In this document: piece by piece, positions 39,608 to 50,850 of the stretch | Position numbering within the stretch: position 1 is the stretch's first letter | Layout of the letters: every line of letters begins with the position of its first letter | Source of the DNA: Paraspadella gotoi | Taxonomy: Eukaryota > Animalia > Chaetognatha | Reading direction: 5' to 3' | Assembly (NCBI GenBank): GCA_051294375.1 | Contig: CM119269.1 | Span: forward strand, 21,843,167-21,907,166 | Length of the DNA: 64,000 nucleotides | Translations under genes and position numbers: made by a program | The notes under the pieces: generated by a model | Told to the model about the DNA's origin: nothing | Database searches by the model: none | What the model saw: the letters and a program-made list of their open reading frames with translations, nothing else

Positions 39608-39954
39608 CTGCCACGAAACAACACTACATGTTACGCAAAGATAAAAAATAATCATAAATCTCTCCCAAACACGTACTCCGCGATAATGTCAGAGACGAAA
39701 AATAATATTTTCGGCGTCTCGTGTTTTATTTATATTTTCTCATTAAAAAATTATTTTCTTGCCTTTTACCTTCGTTCCTCCTCCTCATCTTTTTATTTCT
39801 TTCTTATTTTCCGTTGTTCTTTTGTTTTTTGTCTTTTCTTCGCCAACCATTTTGGCTTCCTTTCCCAGAACGCCGCATTCATTCTTTAATTTAACATTTT
39901 TTAAATAAAAAAACTTTAAGCTAATAATAAAAAAAAGGAATGGTAGTAATTAAG

Positions 39955-40090
39955 TAATAGGGGTTTAGGCATTAGGATAGAGCCTAAGGATTAGGGTTAG
40001 GGGAAGGTTAGGCTTTGGATTAGAGTTTAGGGATTAGAGTTTAAGGATTGGATTATGGGTTATGGATAGTAATATAGGTTAAGGCTTTGA
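39955..40090 (+). repeat. Degenerate TTAGGG/TTAAGG-like hexamer tract (copy at 52615-52800; related at 57800-57860 and 58620-58790)
   Basis: GGATTAGGGTTAGGGGAAGGTTAGG...TTAGAGTTTAGGGATTAGAG periodicity. Confidence 0.6.
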
Positions 40091-42520
40091 ATCATAAATT
40101 AAAAACTTATTTCGTTTAATTTTAGTTTGAATTAAAATCTGGAAAATAAAAAACAGAAATGGGTCGCTTGTGGGAAACACGAGAACCCAGATTTTTTTCT
40201 TTATCCCATTTTGTCCCTTAACGCTTATGCTTTGTTTCTCTGGTTATTAGTTCTCTCTTCCATTTATTTCTTCTTTCCTTCTTTTATATATCCTGTTATT
40301 CTTCCGTTTCTTTCTTGTTTCCCTTTTTTCTTTTTTTTCCCTAATTTTTTTTCTTCTTTTTTTTCCAATTTTCCCCACCCCTTATTCCATATTCCCTAAC
40401 ACCTCTCTCCCCGCTTTCTCTTTCCTCTCTTCTTCACTTTCTATTCCCATCTTATCGTTCCTCTTTCTTTTCTTCTTCACTTCCTTCTCCCCTTCCTTTC
40501 TTCTTCTTCTTTCATACCCCTTTCTATCCTCTCCCTTTCCTTCCCCTCTTTCCTTTCCCTCTCCTCTTTCCTTCTTTTCTTCTTCCTCTTTCTTCCTTTT
40601 TCTTCCTCTTTGCAACCCCCCCTCGCCTCTCTCTTCCTTTTCATCCCCCCCCACATACCTCCCCCAGATCCTCCTCCTTTCAGGACTCTGCTCAAACTGT
40701 CCTCCTTTCTTTTCTTCTCTCTGTCCCTCTCTTCTTTCCTTCCCATTCCTCCTCTTCCTCCTTCTTCTCTCTTCTGTCCTCTCTTCCTTCTCCATCCTCC
40801 TCTTCCTCCTTTCTTTCTCTCTCTGTCCTCTCTTTCTTCCTCCCATCTCCTCTTCCTCCTTTCTTTCCTCCATCCTGTCTTCTTTCCTCCATCCTCCTCT
40901 TTCCTCCTCCTCTTCCTCCTCCTCTCCCTCCATCCGCCCATACCACCATCCAAACAGCGCCGTATCGAACTCGGGCTTCTCTCCCAAGAGAACGAAACAG
41001 ACAGAGGGCGCCGCTACGTAAAGGCGCCGGACAATGACCGCGGCGTCGCCCGGCTTTGACCGGTTCGGCCCTCGCTATCAGCAGCCCTCATGAAATAAGA
41101 AAAAGCAAGCGACGCCAATTCTAAACTGAATTTTGACGTCGGGGAGAGGGCTGTTCAAACGCTTTGGCTTTCGCCGTTGTCGGTCGACGTTGTAGTTGTC
41201 GTCTTCGTCATCGTCGGTTTCGTCGTCTGTCGGCGCGCTATTTAGCGTTAATTATAAAAATTCTCTCGGGGAGATGGCGCGTCGAACGCTCTGGTCCGAA
41301 GCGGCCGACTGTTCTTTTTTTTTTTCCTTTTTTTTTCTTTCCTTTTTTTTCTCTTTTCTTCTCTTTCTTTTCTCGCCTTTTTTTTCCTTCCTCTTGTCTC
41401 CAATGTCGAACGTTCACAGCTTTTTCACAGTTTCTCTCTCTGTTCTTTGCCATTCGTGATCTGTGAATCTTTCTTTTTTCCTCTTTCACAAGTTTTTTTT
41501 TTCTTTTCTTTTTTCTTTAAAAGTCGTTTTTTTCTTATGTCTCTTTTTCTCGCAATAGTTTTTATTTCTGTCTTTCTGGCTTATTTCATCTATTCTCACA
41601 TCGTGAACTTTGTACGATCCGTCTCACATCGTGAACTATGTAGGAATTCCGTCTCACATCAGTGAACTTCGTACGATTCCGTCTACACATCTCGTCCGGT
41701 CTTTCCTCTTATGCCTGTCGTCTCAATCGCGGTGTTTCAACTTATGAAAATTTTTTTTTAAATTATATTCTTTATATAACTTTTGTTAAATATGTTACAT
41801 GATATTTTAGGTTAAAGCTCGCGTAATGACCAAACGTTTTATTCACTATAGTAGTTTACTTACAAAGTGTGAAAAAAGTGGAGAATTTGACCTTTTTTCC
41901 TATTTTGATTGCTGAAGGACATTGAAAGTTTTAAATACAACAATTTTATCATTTTGAATCAACTTTTTAGGAAGATCGAATGCTTTAATAAACATTTTTT
42001 AAAAATTATTTTGAAATTATGTCTTATAAGGATATTACTATAAATATATTGTAATTAAGATTACTTTTCCCCAAAAACAATCGTAAACAAAATATTTTGT
42101 ACTCCTTAATCATACTATTCTTCACTGTCTAAATTATCCTCTGTTTGTCACTCAAATAACAATTTAGTTCCCCAGTGCTCCACTCTATTTTATAGAGTCA
42201 GGATCTTCCCCGCTTCTTCCCTTCTCCTCCCCTTCCCCTCCCCTATCTTCCCCCTCTCTTTCTCTCCCTTCCTTCCCTTTCCCCTCTCCCTCTCTTCCTC
42301 CTTCCCTCTCTCCCCCTCTCTCCCTACCATTCTCCTCTCTCCCCTCTCTCCTCCTTCTCCTCTTCCCCCTCCTCCCCTCCTACTCCTCTCTCCCCCTCTC
42401 TCCCTCTTCTCCTCTCTCCCCCTCCTCCCTCCTGCCTCTCTTTCCCTTTTCATCTTTGTAATGTGACTTCTCACAGTCAAGGGTGAAATTCAATAACCGA
42501 AAATACATTTCGCCACCGCA

Positions 42521-42574
<54 letters not shown>

Positions 42575-42980
42575 CTCGCGCTCTCTCTCCGCTCTCCCAC
42601 TCTCTCTCCTCTTGTCTCCTTATCTCTTGAAGACCGACCCTACATTGCACAATGCGCAATTCACAAAACTTAAAAGATGTTAATCATGCTTCAATTGTTA
42701 TATATTCAAGGGCGGAAAAAAAGTTATATCTACTTGTAGGAATGATGAAAGCTTAAACCACCAAAAGCCTGTCCATTGTTTATTTAATGACATGAATAAT
42801 TTTATATTAGTTGTAAAATTTTGATAAATAATTGGTTAAAGTATCATTCATTTATTACTGAAGTAAATATTAAAAAAAATACACAAAAACGAAGGCTAAG
42901 TCAGTTTATCGAGCCAGCAAAAAAAAAAATAGGAAAAGGAGAAGAGAGGAAGAGGCGGCAGCAAACGGAAAATACCAATC

Positions 42981-43060
42981 CTCTGTAATGGCGCAGCTGG
43001 GTCAATCATATCTCCGAACGAGGGTCCAGGGTTCGATCCCATGGGGTAAAAAGGATATTA
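42981..43060 (+). mobile_element. tRNA-derived SINE head (duplicate of 56791-56860)
   Basis: TGGCGCAGCTGG A box and GGTTCGATCCC B box. Confidence 0.6.
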
Positions 43061-44634
43061 TCCGGTAGATGCAGGCCTTTACTGGCCGTTTAATGTTACC
43101 CGCGCGTTTTTTAAGAGGCTGGAGTGACATGGGCCTATTTCTCCTTTAAGGTAAATGATGAAATGAATGATGAATATTTGAATGTACAAGGGCGAAGAAG
43201 CAAGATTGGCAATCTTTCAGGCTTTGCGGGATAAGCAAATGTAGGCGACGGGGAGGCATGGTAAAAGGGAGGCCATGTTAAAAGGGGAGGCATGGTAAAA
43301 AGCATGAAGAAAGAAAAGGGTGGAGAGAAAGTTGGTATCTCGAGAACGTAGAGGAGTCAGACTTAGTTGATGGGTAAGTGGGTTAGGTAAGCTCCTTCCC
43401 TTTCCTCGCCTCGTTGGGCCTTGAATATTGAATTCGCGAATTTGACTTTTTAATGTTACCCAATTTCTTTTCTTTCTTGTTTTTCTTTTCTCATATTTTG
43501 AGTAAGAAGAAGAGGGAGAGAGAAGGAGGGAAAGAAATTGAGTTGAAGAGAGAGAGAGAAGATTAGAGTAGGAAAATGAGAGGAAGGAGAATAGATAGAA
43601 AAAAAAGAGGAGGAAAAGAGGTTGACAGTTGAAAGAAAGAGGGAGAGAGATTTATGTGGAAAGAAAGGAGGTTAACGAATTTAAAAAGAAAGAGAAATAA
43701 AATGAAAGAAAGAGAACGGGGTGATGAAAAAGTTAAGAAGGAAAGATAATAAAAATGTATAAATGTATAGTATGTACGTAAGGATAATAAAAGGCAATCG
43801 CGCGGCGAGCACCGTGCCCTCGCACGGCCTGCGCTCGATAGCATGTCGGCACATCCCCACAAAGACAGTACATCGACTATGAGCAGTGCGTAGTCGATCG
43901 ACTCACCAGCTGTCGAACCCCTCCCTACTATGAATGGCCCCATTTCAGCTTAAAATCTCTCTTTGAGAAGGAAGAGAGAGGAAAAAGAGAGACAATAATA
44001 GGAGAAAGGATAAAGGAAGAGGAGAAATGATAAAGGATAAAGGAAGAGGAGAAAGAATAAAGGAAGAGGGAAAGGATAAGGATAAGGAAGAGTAGAAAAA
44101 GGAAGAGAGGAAAAGTATAAAGGATAAGAAAGAGAGAAAGGATAAAGGAAGAGGAGAAAGAAGAAAAAGAGGAAGAGGGGAGGATAAAAGAGCGGATAAA
44201 GAAAGGAGAAAGGATAAAGGAAGAGGAGAAAGTATAGGATAAAAAGAAACGCAGGAGAAAAAGATAAAGTGGGATAAAGCCGAAGAGGAGAAAAGGATTA
44301 AAGGTCAAACGGAAGAGGAGAAAGAAGAAAAAGGAAAGAGGGGAAAAAGAATAGAAGGATAAAGGAAGAGGAGACCAAAAGGAGTAAAGGGATACAAGGA
44401 AGAGGAGGACAGTATAAAGGATAAAGAAAGAGGAGAAAAGATAATGGATAAACGAAGAGGAGAAAGGATAAAGGATAAAGGAAGAGGAGAAAGAAGAAAG
44501 GAAGAGGAGAAAGGATAAAGGAGGATTTAAAGAAGACGAAAGGATTTTCGGATTTTGACGTCGATCAAAAAAATCTTTGTTGGAATTATCAAAAGTAGAA
44601 GAAAAATTGAGAGTCTCACTTTTTCAGGTCTATC

Positions 44635-44672
<38 letters not shown>

Positions 44673-45660
44673 NNNNNNNNNNNNNNNNNNNNNNNNNNNN
44701 NNNNNNNNNNNNNNNNNNNNNNNNNNNNNNNNNNNNNNNNNNNNNNNNNNNNNNNNNNNNNNNNNNNNNNNNNNNNNNNNNNNNNNNNNNNNNNNNNNNN
44801 NNTGTATCGTAACTGTGCAAAGTCCCGAGTCTGAAAACGTCTCGCTCTCAACTTGACAATCCAATCGTTTTCTTGTTCGTTGAATATGTAACAGCCTCGC
44901 AAAACAAAACCGATTCCATTCTAACACTCTCTCTTTCTCGCTGTCTCGCTCTCTCTGTGTCTCTGTCTCTCTCTCACTTTTTTTTCTCTTTTCCTTCTTA
45001 TCCGTTTTTGTCTTAGCTTCTTTTCTTTGTATTTTTTTCTTCCAGAAAAAAAAAGCGAAAGAAAATAACAAAGAAATTCTTTCGATAAAAACTGCCTCTT
45101 TCTCTCTACTAGGGGCAGCCGCACTCAATGGGGTGAGACAAAAATTTACAGTGAGTACATGCTCAAACGAAAACTCATACATTTTTNNNNNNNNNNNNNN
45201 NNNNNNNNNNNNNNNNNNNNNNNNNNNNNNNNNNNNNNNNNNNNNNNNNNNNNNNNNNNNNNNNNNNNNNNNNNNNNNNNNNNNNNACAGTGAGTACATG
45301 CTCAAACGAAAACTCATACATTTTTAAGTATACTTTCAATGAACAAAAAATTTTTTATATGGCTCTATACCTTAGTAATTATTTTTTTGATATTTATTTA
45401 TAGATAAGAAAGGCCTAAAATTTGTTTTTGAAATTTTAAATTTTAAGACCAGATTCAGATAGTATAATTCTTTTTTAAATATTTTTTAACTTTTTATGCT
45501 CTATCAGATTCCATCAAATAATTTTAAGATTTCTAAAAAAAAAGTTATATAGTAACATAATAAAAAAGCTTTTTTAACAAAAAATATTTTAATATAATCT
45601 ATGCTCATTATACTCTGTTTCTATATGTTTCTCTCAGTTTCTCTCTGTATTTTTCCTCAC

Positions 45661-45697
<37 letters not shown>

Positions 45698-46128
45698 CCC
45701 CATATGCCTCCTATCTTTTTTTCTCTCTCTCTCTGCTCCAATGTGATCTTCACTTGCTCTTCTACAAAATATTTTAACAAATATTTTTTTTTCGTATGCA
45801 ATTTTAGTTTATCTGCCTATGCTTTTATTCTATCTACTTGATCAAAGCATTTTAAACCAGATATAATAGATCAAAACAAAAAATAATATTATTTCGATTT
45901 TTTAAATTAGTAGTAAGTAAGTAGAAAAAATGTTTATGAGTGCCGCAGTAAGCAATCCGAAGTTTTAAGGCCCTTGAAAGTGATTTACATGTATTGGCGC
46001 AGCCACTGGTATTTTTTATACTTTGAACATGATTTTCTGTATTCTGTATTCTGGTATATTTTGTCTTAATTTAATATTGCAGTTACATTGTCCCACTTGC
46101 TTGTTTTCTCTCTCTCTCTCTCTCTCTC

Positions 46129-46166
<38 letters not shown>

Positions 46167-46351
46167 TTCATCTCTTCTCTCAAAATGCTTTCTTGGCTTC
46201 AGTTGCCAACATCCACCCAGAATTTCTTTTACAGAGCAAGACTAATACTGCGAAATCTTTTCACTTTTGTTTTCAATATAATTTTCATAAATTCGCTAAA
46301 TTCACGAAGTTAATAAATCCTCTCTCTCTCTCTCGTCTCTCATCTCTCTCT

Positions 46352-46382
<31 letters not shown>

Positions 46383-46863
46383 TCATCTCTCTCGCGACCT
46401 TGGCAAAATTTACTTCCTCTTTTCAACTCGAAGAGATGACGTCGACTTCTCTTCTTGTTTTTTCTCTCGTTTCCTGTCATCTGTGGTGATTGTGAAAGTC
46501 TTACTCTCGTCTCTTCTCTCCTTCTCGTCATTCGTCTCTCTACTCCTCTCATTCTCTTCTCTCTCTCTCCTCTCTCTCTCTTCTCGTCTCTCTCTCCACG
46601 TCAGGCTCGTAGTCTCTCTCTATCTCTCTGTCTCTCTATCTTCTGCGGGGCTCAAACTTTATTGCCATCTCGTTCGGCAGACGGCCGGAAATTTGACTTG
46701 CCTCTTTTTCAACTGAAGAGAATGAGGTCGACGTTCGGTCTTCTTGTTTTTACTCAACCGTCGTTTTGATCATCCTGGTGATGTGGTGAAAGTCTTGCTC
46801 TATCGCTCTCTGTCTCTCTCATCGTCTGCTCTCTCTCTCTGCTCTCTAGCTCCTGCTCAATGG

Positions 46864-48545
46864 CTATAATACGGATCGCTCGGCAGCGTGCCGGGAGCAG
46901 AACACGCGCGGCGGGCCGATCGGCTTCTCCTGACTTCGACTTCTTTCGCTCGGCTGCATCTTACTCCTCTTCCTCTTGCCTTCTTCCCTATCTCCCGGAT
47001 ACCGCGCGGCCTGCAAAGTCGATCCGATCGGAGCTGTAGCGGCGAACTTACTCTTATATATAATAAATATTCTTCTTACGCCTCCATCACCAGTCAACCG
47101 AGGCCAATTTATCTCTCTGCATCCGAGCGAATCGATCATGAGTTCGCGCGGATCCGGGAGTCTCTTATAAATAATAAGTAATATAGTAATATATCTTTCT
47201 CGGCAATTATTAAACGCACAACGAAAGTCTTTTATTTATAATTATTATTCATAAATGTTTTATTGTTATATTATATAAATATTATTTAAAATTCTATTTT
47301 AATGATTTTTTATTGTTTGATTTTATTATCTTAAGCCTTTACTTAGCTTAATCCTAATGGTACTGAATATTTTTTTGCTTCAAATAATTTCAATACTTAA
47401 TAAAATTAAAAAGAATCACTAATAATAAATTTTAAAAAATAATAATACTCATATATTCATCATAACTTACTTTTAAACTAATAACATAATCATTACCTAA
47501 ATATTAATGATAATAAACAATAATATCAAATATTAAAAAAATATGAATATCTGGCATTCTGTTAATTTTCTTGTCCCAAAGAAATATATCATCTTAGTCC
47601 GTTCTCTTTTGCGGCATTTCCTTTTCTTTTTCCATTGGAATTTATTAAGAAAAAACGCTTGCTCTTGCATTTTCCAACTCCAGGAATGGCGCAAGTAAAT
47701 ATGTTTTTACATCAACTGAAACAGTTTTAATTATTTTAACATTCTATGTAAATTCATTTGTTTAGCCCACTACATATCAAATTTAAAGGAAAAAAGTCTA
47801 GCACAGTATTTTGTCTGGGGAGTTAGTTAAGTTCCATTCTGTTTTGAGAGGTCGCCTTATGACCGAGGATGTTGAGCAAGCTGAAACAAAAGCGCGACAT
47901 TAACAAAAACAGTTAGTTGTCTGGAAATCCTGCCATTTTGTGCAGCCAGTTTTCATTTTTAAAATCATTTTAAAATTATTTATAAACAAAAAATTGTCAA
48001 TTGATTTTCTTTTCTCTCTAAGAAATAAAATGAAAAAAAAAATTACAGAAAAAAATGAATGTCAAGAAATTCTAATGAAAAAAATAGTTTAACCAATAGT
48101 GGAATAGATAATAGGAATGTGTTAAGTGCTGTTCCCATTAAATTAAATTGTGGTCGCTCGCCTTATGTCTAAGATGATTTCTAAGATCATCAAAACAATA
48201 ATGGAAAGAAAATGAGAATGTAGTTCTTGAGGTTCATGAGGCTGGTGTTGTTCTTTTTTGATGCACATAATGAAAAGAAACGAGAAAGATAACAAAACAC
48301 AGCAACTGCAGATTATATTTTTTATTTTATAATATATTAAAAAAAGAATTTTATCATAAGGTTTGAAATATGTTATGAAAAAAATTTTGGGTATGTTTTT
48401 AGTTTATGTATATTTATAAACATGTAAGATTAGAAAGTAAAAAGTGGAGATAATGAACAAAGATGTTACAATTTTAGAGAGAAAAAAAGATAGGAAGAAA
48501 ATAAAAGAGCGAGAGAAGGCAAGCTAGAAAAAGTAAGAAAGAGAG

Positions 48546-48590
<45 letters not shown>

Positions 48591-48785
48591 AGAAGAAGAG
48601 AGAAGAAAATCCGGGCCCATCGCGTCGGATTTCGAACTGGAAGAAGCCCGACTCACATCTAGAGAGAGAAATATCCCTGATGCCGAGCGGGAAGAAGCCC
48701 GGAAAGAGAAGTTTGAGTCGGTCGGCAGCCGCTCGCCGCCGCTTCCGGTCTGACGGCTGCGTACGGGAGAGGCTGAGTTATAATG
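46864..48785. mobile_element. Putative non-autonomous TIR DNA element, present only in copy 2
   Basis: GC-rich ends are degenerate inverted matches (left ..GCAGCGTGCCGGGAGC..GCCGATCGGCTTCTC..CTTCTTTCGCTCGGC; right reverse complement ..GCAGCCGTCAGACCGGAAGC..GCCGACCGA..CTTCTC..CTTCTTCCCGCTCGGC). AT-rich non-coding interior. Absent at the equivalent site (~37230-37350). Confidence 0.45.
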
Positions 48786-49468
48786 ACTCCTCTCTCTTAT
48801 CTCTCTCTCTACGTCTCGTCATCTCTCTGCTCGTCTCTCTGCTCTCCGGCTCTCTCTCTCTCTCTCGCTTCCTCTTCTCTTTTCTAATCTTTTTCTTTCT
48901 TTCTCTCCCTTCTTCTCTCTCTTGCCTTTCTCTCTCCTATGTCATCGGTAACTCTCTCTCTCTCCTCTCTCCTGTCTCTTGCCCTCTCGTCTGCTGTGCT
49001 CCTTTCTCTCTCGGTCAAACTGACTCTCTCTCCCTGCTTTCTCTTCCCTCTCTCTCCCTCCCTCTCGTCCCTCTCCGCTCTCTCGTCTCTGAGTATTTCA
49101 GCCTCGTAATTTTCCCTTCCCACTAGACGAAGAGGAAAATTTTCCAAAAACTTTCGCCCTCATACGAATGCGAGGCTAAATGACTCCATCTCTTTTTCTC
49201 TCTCTCTCTCTCTTTCTCTTCACCTCTGTCTCGCTCTCAGCTCTATTCTCCCCCCCCTAATTTTCTATTCTTTTTTTCTCTTCCTCGTCTCCGGCTTTTA
49301 CTTCATAATTTTTTTCGTTTTGGTTCAGAGGGAAGGAAGACCCTTCGACTTCGTTGAAAAAAAGGAAAAAAGAAAAAAAGTTTTGTTTAAATTTTTAAGA
49401 GAATTTTTTTTCTTTTGGTTTTGCGCAAGGAAGAGAATCGGGCTTTAAGGTGGGGAAATTTGTGACGG

Positions 49469-49543
<75 letters not shown>

Positions 49544-50256
49544 GTAGAGGTTAAAAATCCTTCTCGGGTCCTTCGAATTCCTTCCCTGCTTCTAAATGCG
49601 CAATCATATCAACGTCGAGAGGCCACTAAATTCCGATGGTTCATCGCAACATTTCTGTTTTTGTCCCTCTCTCTCTCTCTCTCGATCTCTCTCTCTCGTC
49701 TCTCTCTCTCTCTCTCTCTCTCATCTCATCTCTCTGCTCTTCTCTCTCTCTCTCTCTCTCACACGACGCTTTCAGCCCTTCCATTTTCGGGCCATTTTTA
49801 AGGGGGATTTTTTAGACACAGCTCGGGTGGCTTTCAGGTTTGCTGCTTCCATTTTGGTTTCTGATCCTCACTTTATTTTTTCATTTTTTTTTATTTTTTA
49901 GTTTCTCTTTTTTCTTTTTTCTTTCTTTTTTATTTATGTTTTCCTATTCCTTATCTATTTCATATTTCCCTTTATCTTTTCTTATTTTTCTTTCTTCTCT
50001 TTTTTCTTACCTATCTTTTTTCTCCTTTCTTTTTTCCTCTCTTTTTTCTGACAAAAACAACTTCTCACTTTATTCAAATAACCGATTTTTTTTATATTAA
50101 AGCTCATACTGGAAACCGTTTCTCCCGTTTCTTACCACCTTTCCTACCTTCTCTCTTTCCTACCATCTTTCCTTTCTTCTCTCGATTTCTTTTTTTAATA
50201 TCTTCCTCCCTTTTCTCCTCCCATCGCCCACGCAGTCAATTTTCCTCCTCACTCAC

Positions 50257-50850
50257 TTCTCCTCCTCCTCCTCTTCCTCCTCCTCCTCCTCTTCCCTCAA
50301 AACGCCATCTGCATTCCAGTCCCAATCGCCCGCCCTCCCCCGCGCGCCCTCTTCCGTCGAAAGGCGTTTATCTCTCTCCTTCGCAGGCGTAATTTACAAC
50401 GCGATAGTCGAAAGTAATGTTTTCCTTGTTGATGTTTTGTTGCGGGTCTTTCTTGCTGTTTGCTCCCTTATTTTCTGTTGTCGGTCCATGTCGTTCTTCG
50501 TGAATGATCCATGCTTTTTTACCGTTAACCTGTTTGTTGATATTGTTGTTGTTGTCGTTTTTGTTGTTGTTGTTGTAATTGTCATTGTCGTCGTCGTTGT
50601 CGCTTTTGTTGTTGTTGTTGTAGTCTTAACTGTCATCGTCATCAACATCGTTGTTGTTGTTATTGTTTTCAATCTTTGACGTCATGATTTTCGAACTTTT
50701 TTCGTCGTCGTCATCATCTTCAATGTTGTTGTTGTTGTCATCGTCGAACTCGTTGAATGTTTGTTGCCTTGTTGTTGTTGTTGTTAAAACCCTTTTTTCG
50801 TCGTCATCGTCGTCGTCGTCGTCTTTCACCGTCGTTAGCGCCTTTTGTTT
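50257..50850 (-). CDS. Candidate Asp/Asn/Thr-rich low-complexity exon (duplicate ~38677-39220)
   Basis: Minus-strand KDDDDDDDDEKRVLTTTTTRQQTFNEFDDDNNNNIEDDDDDEKSSKIMTSKIENNNNNNDVDDDDS + KTTTTTTKATT...STNRL. The break between the two ORFs is read through in copy 1 (DSLRTTT). GAA|GTGAGT donor at 50256. Could equally be non-coding trinucleotide repeat. Confidence 0.3.

Larger units (their letters stand above)
34755..43960 (+). repeat. Large tandem duplication, copy 1
   Basis: Collinear with 43965-57795. Shared anchors at 35310/44530, 35820/45075, 36640/45940, 37560/49090, 38720/50298, 41075/54874, 42480/56290 and 43935/57775. Confidence 0.92.

Noticed and set aside
39955-40090. Interstitial telomere or chromosome fusion site
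   Set aside because: The tract is short and highly degenerate, recurs beside dispersed repeats, and has no head-to-head array.
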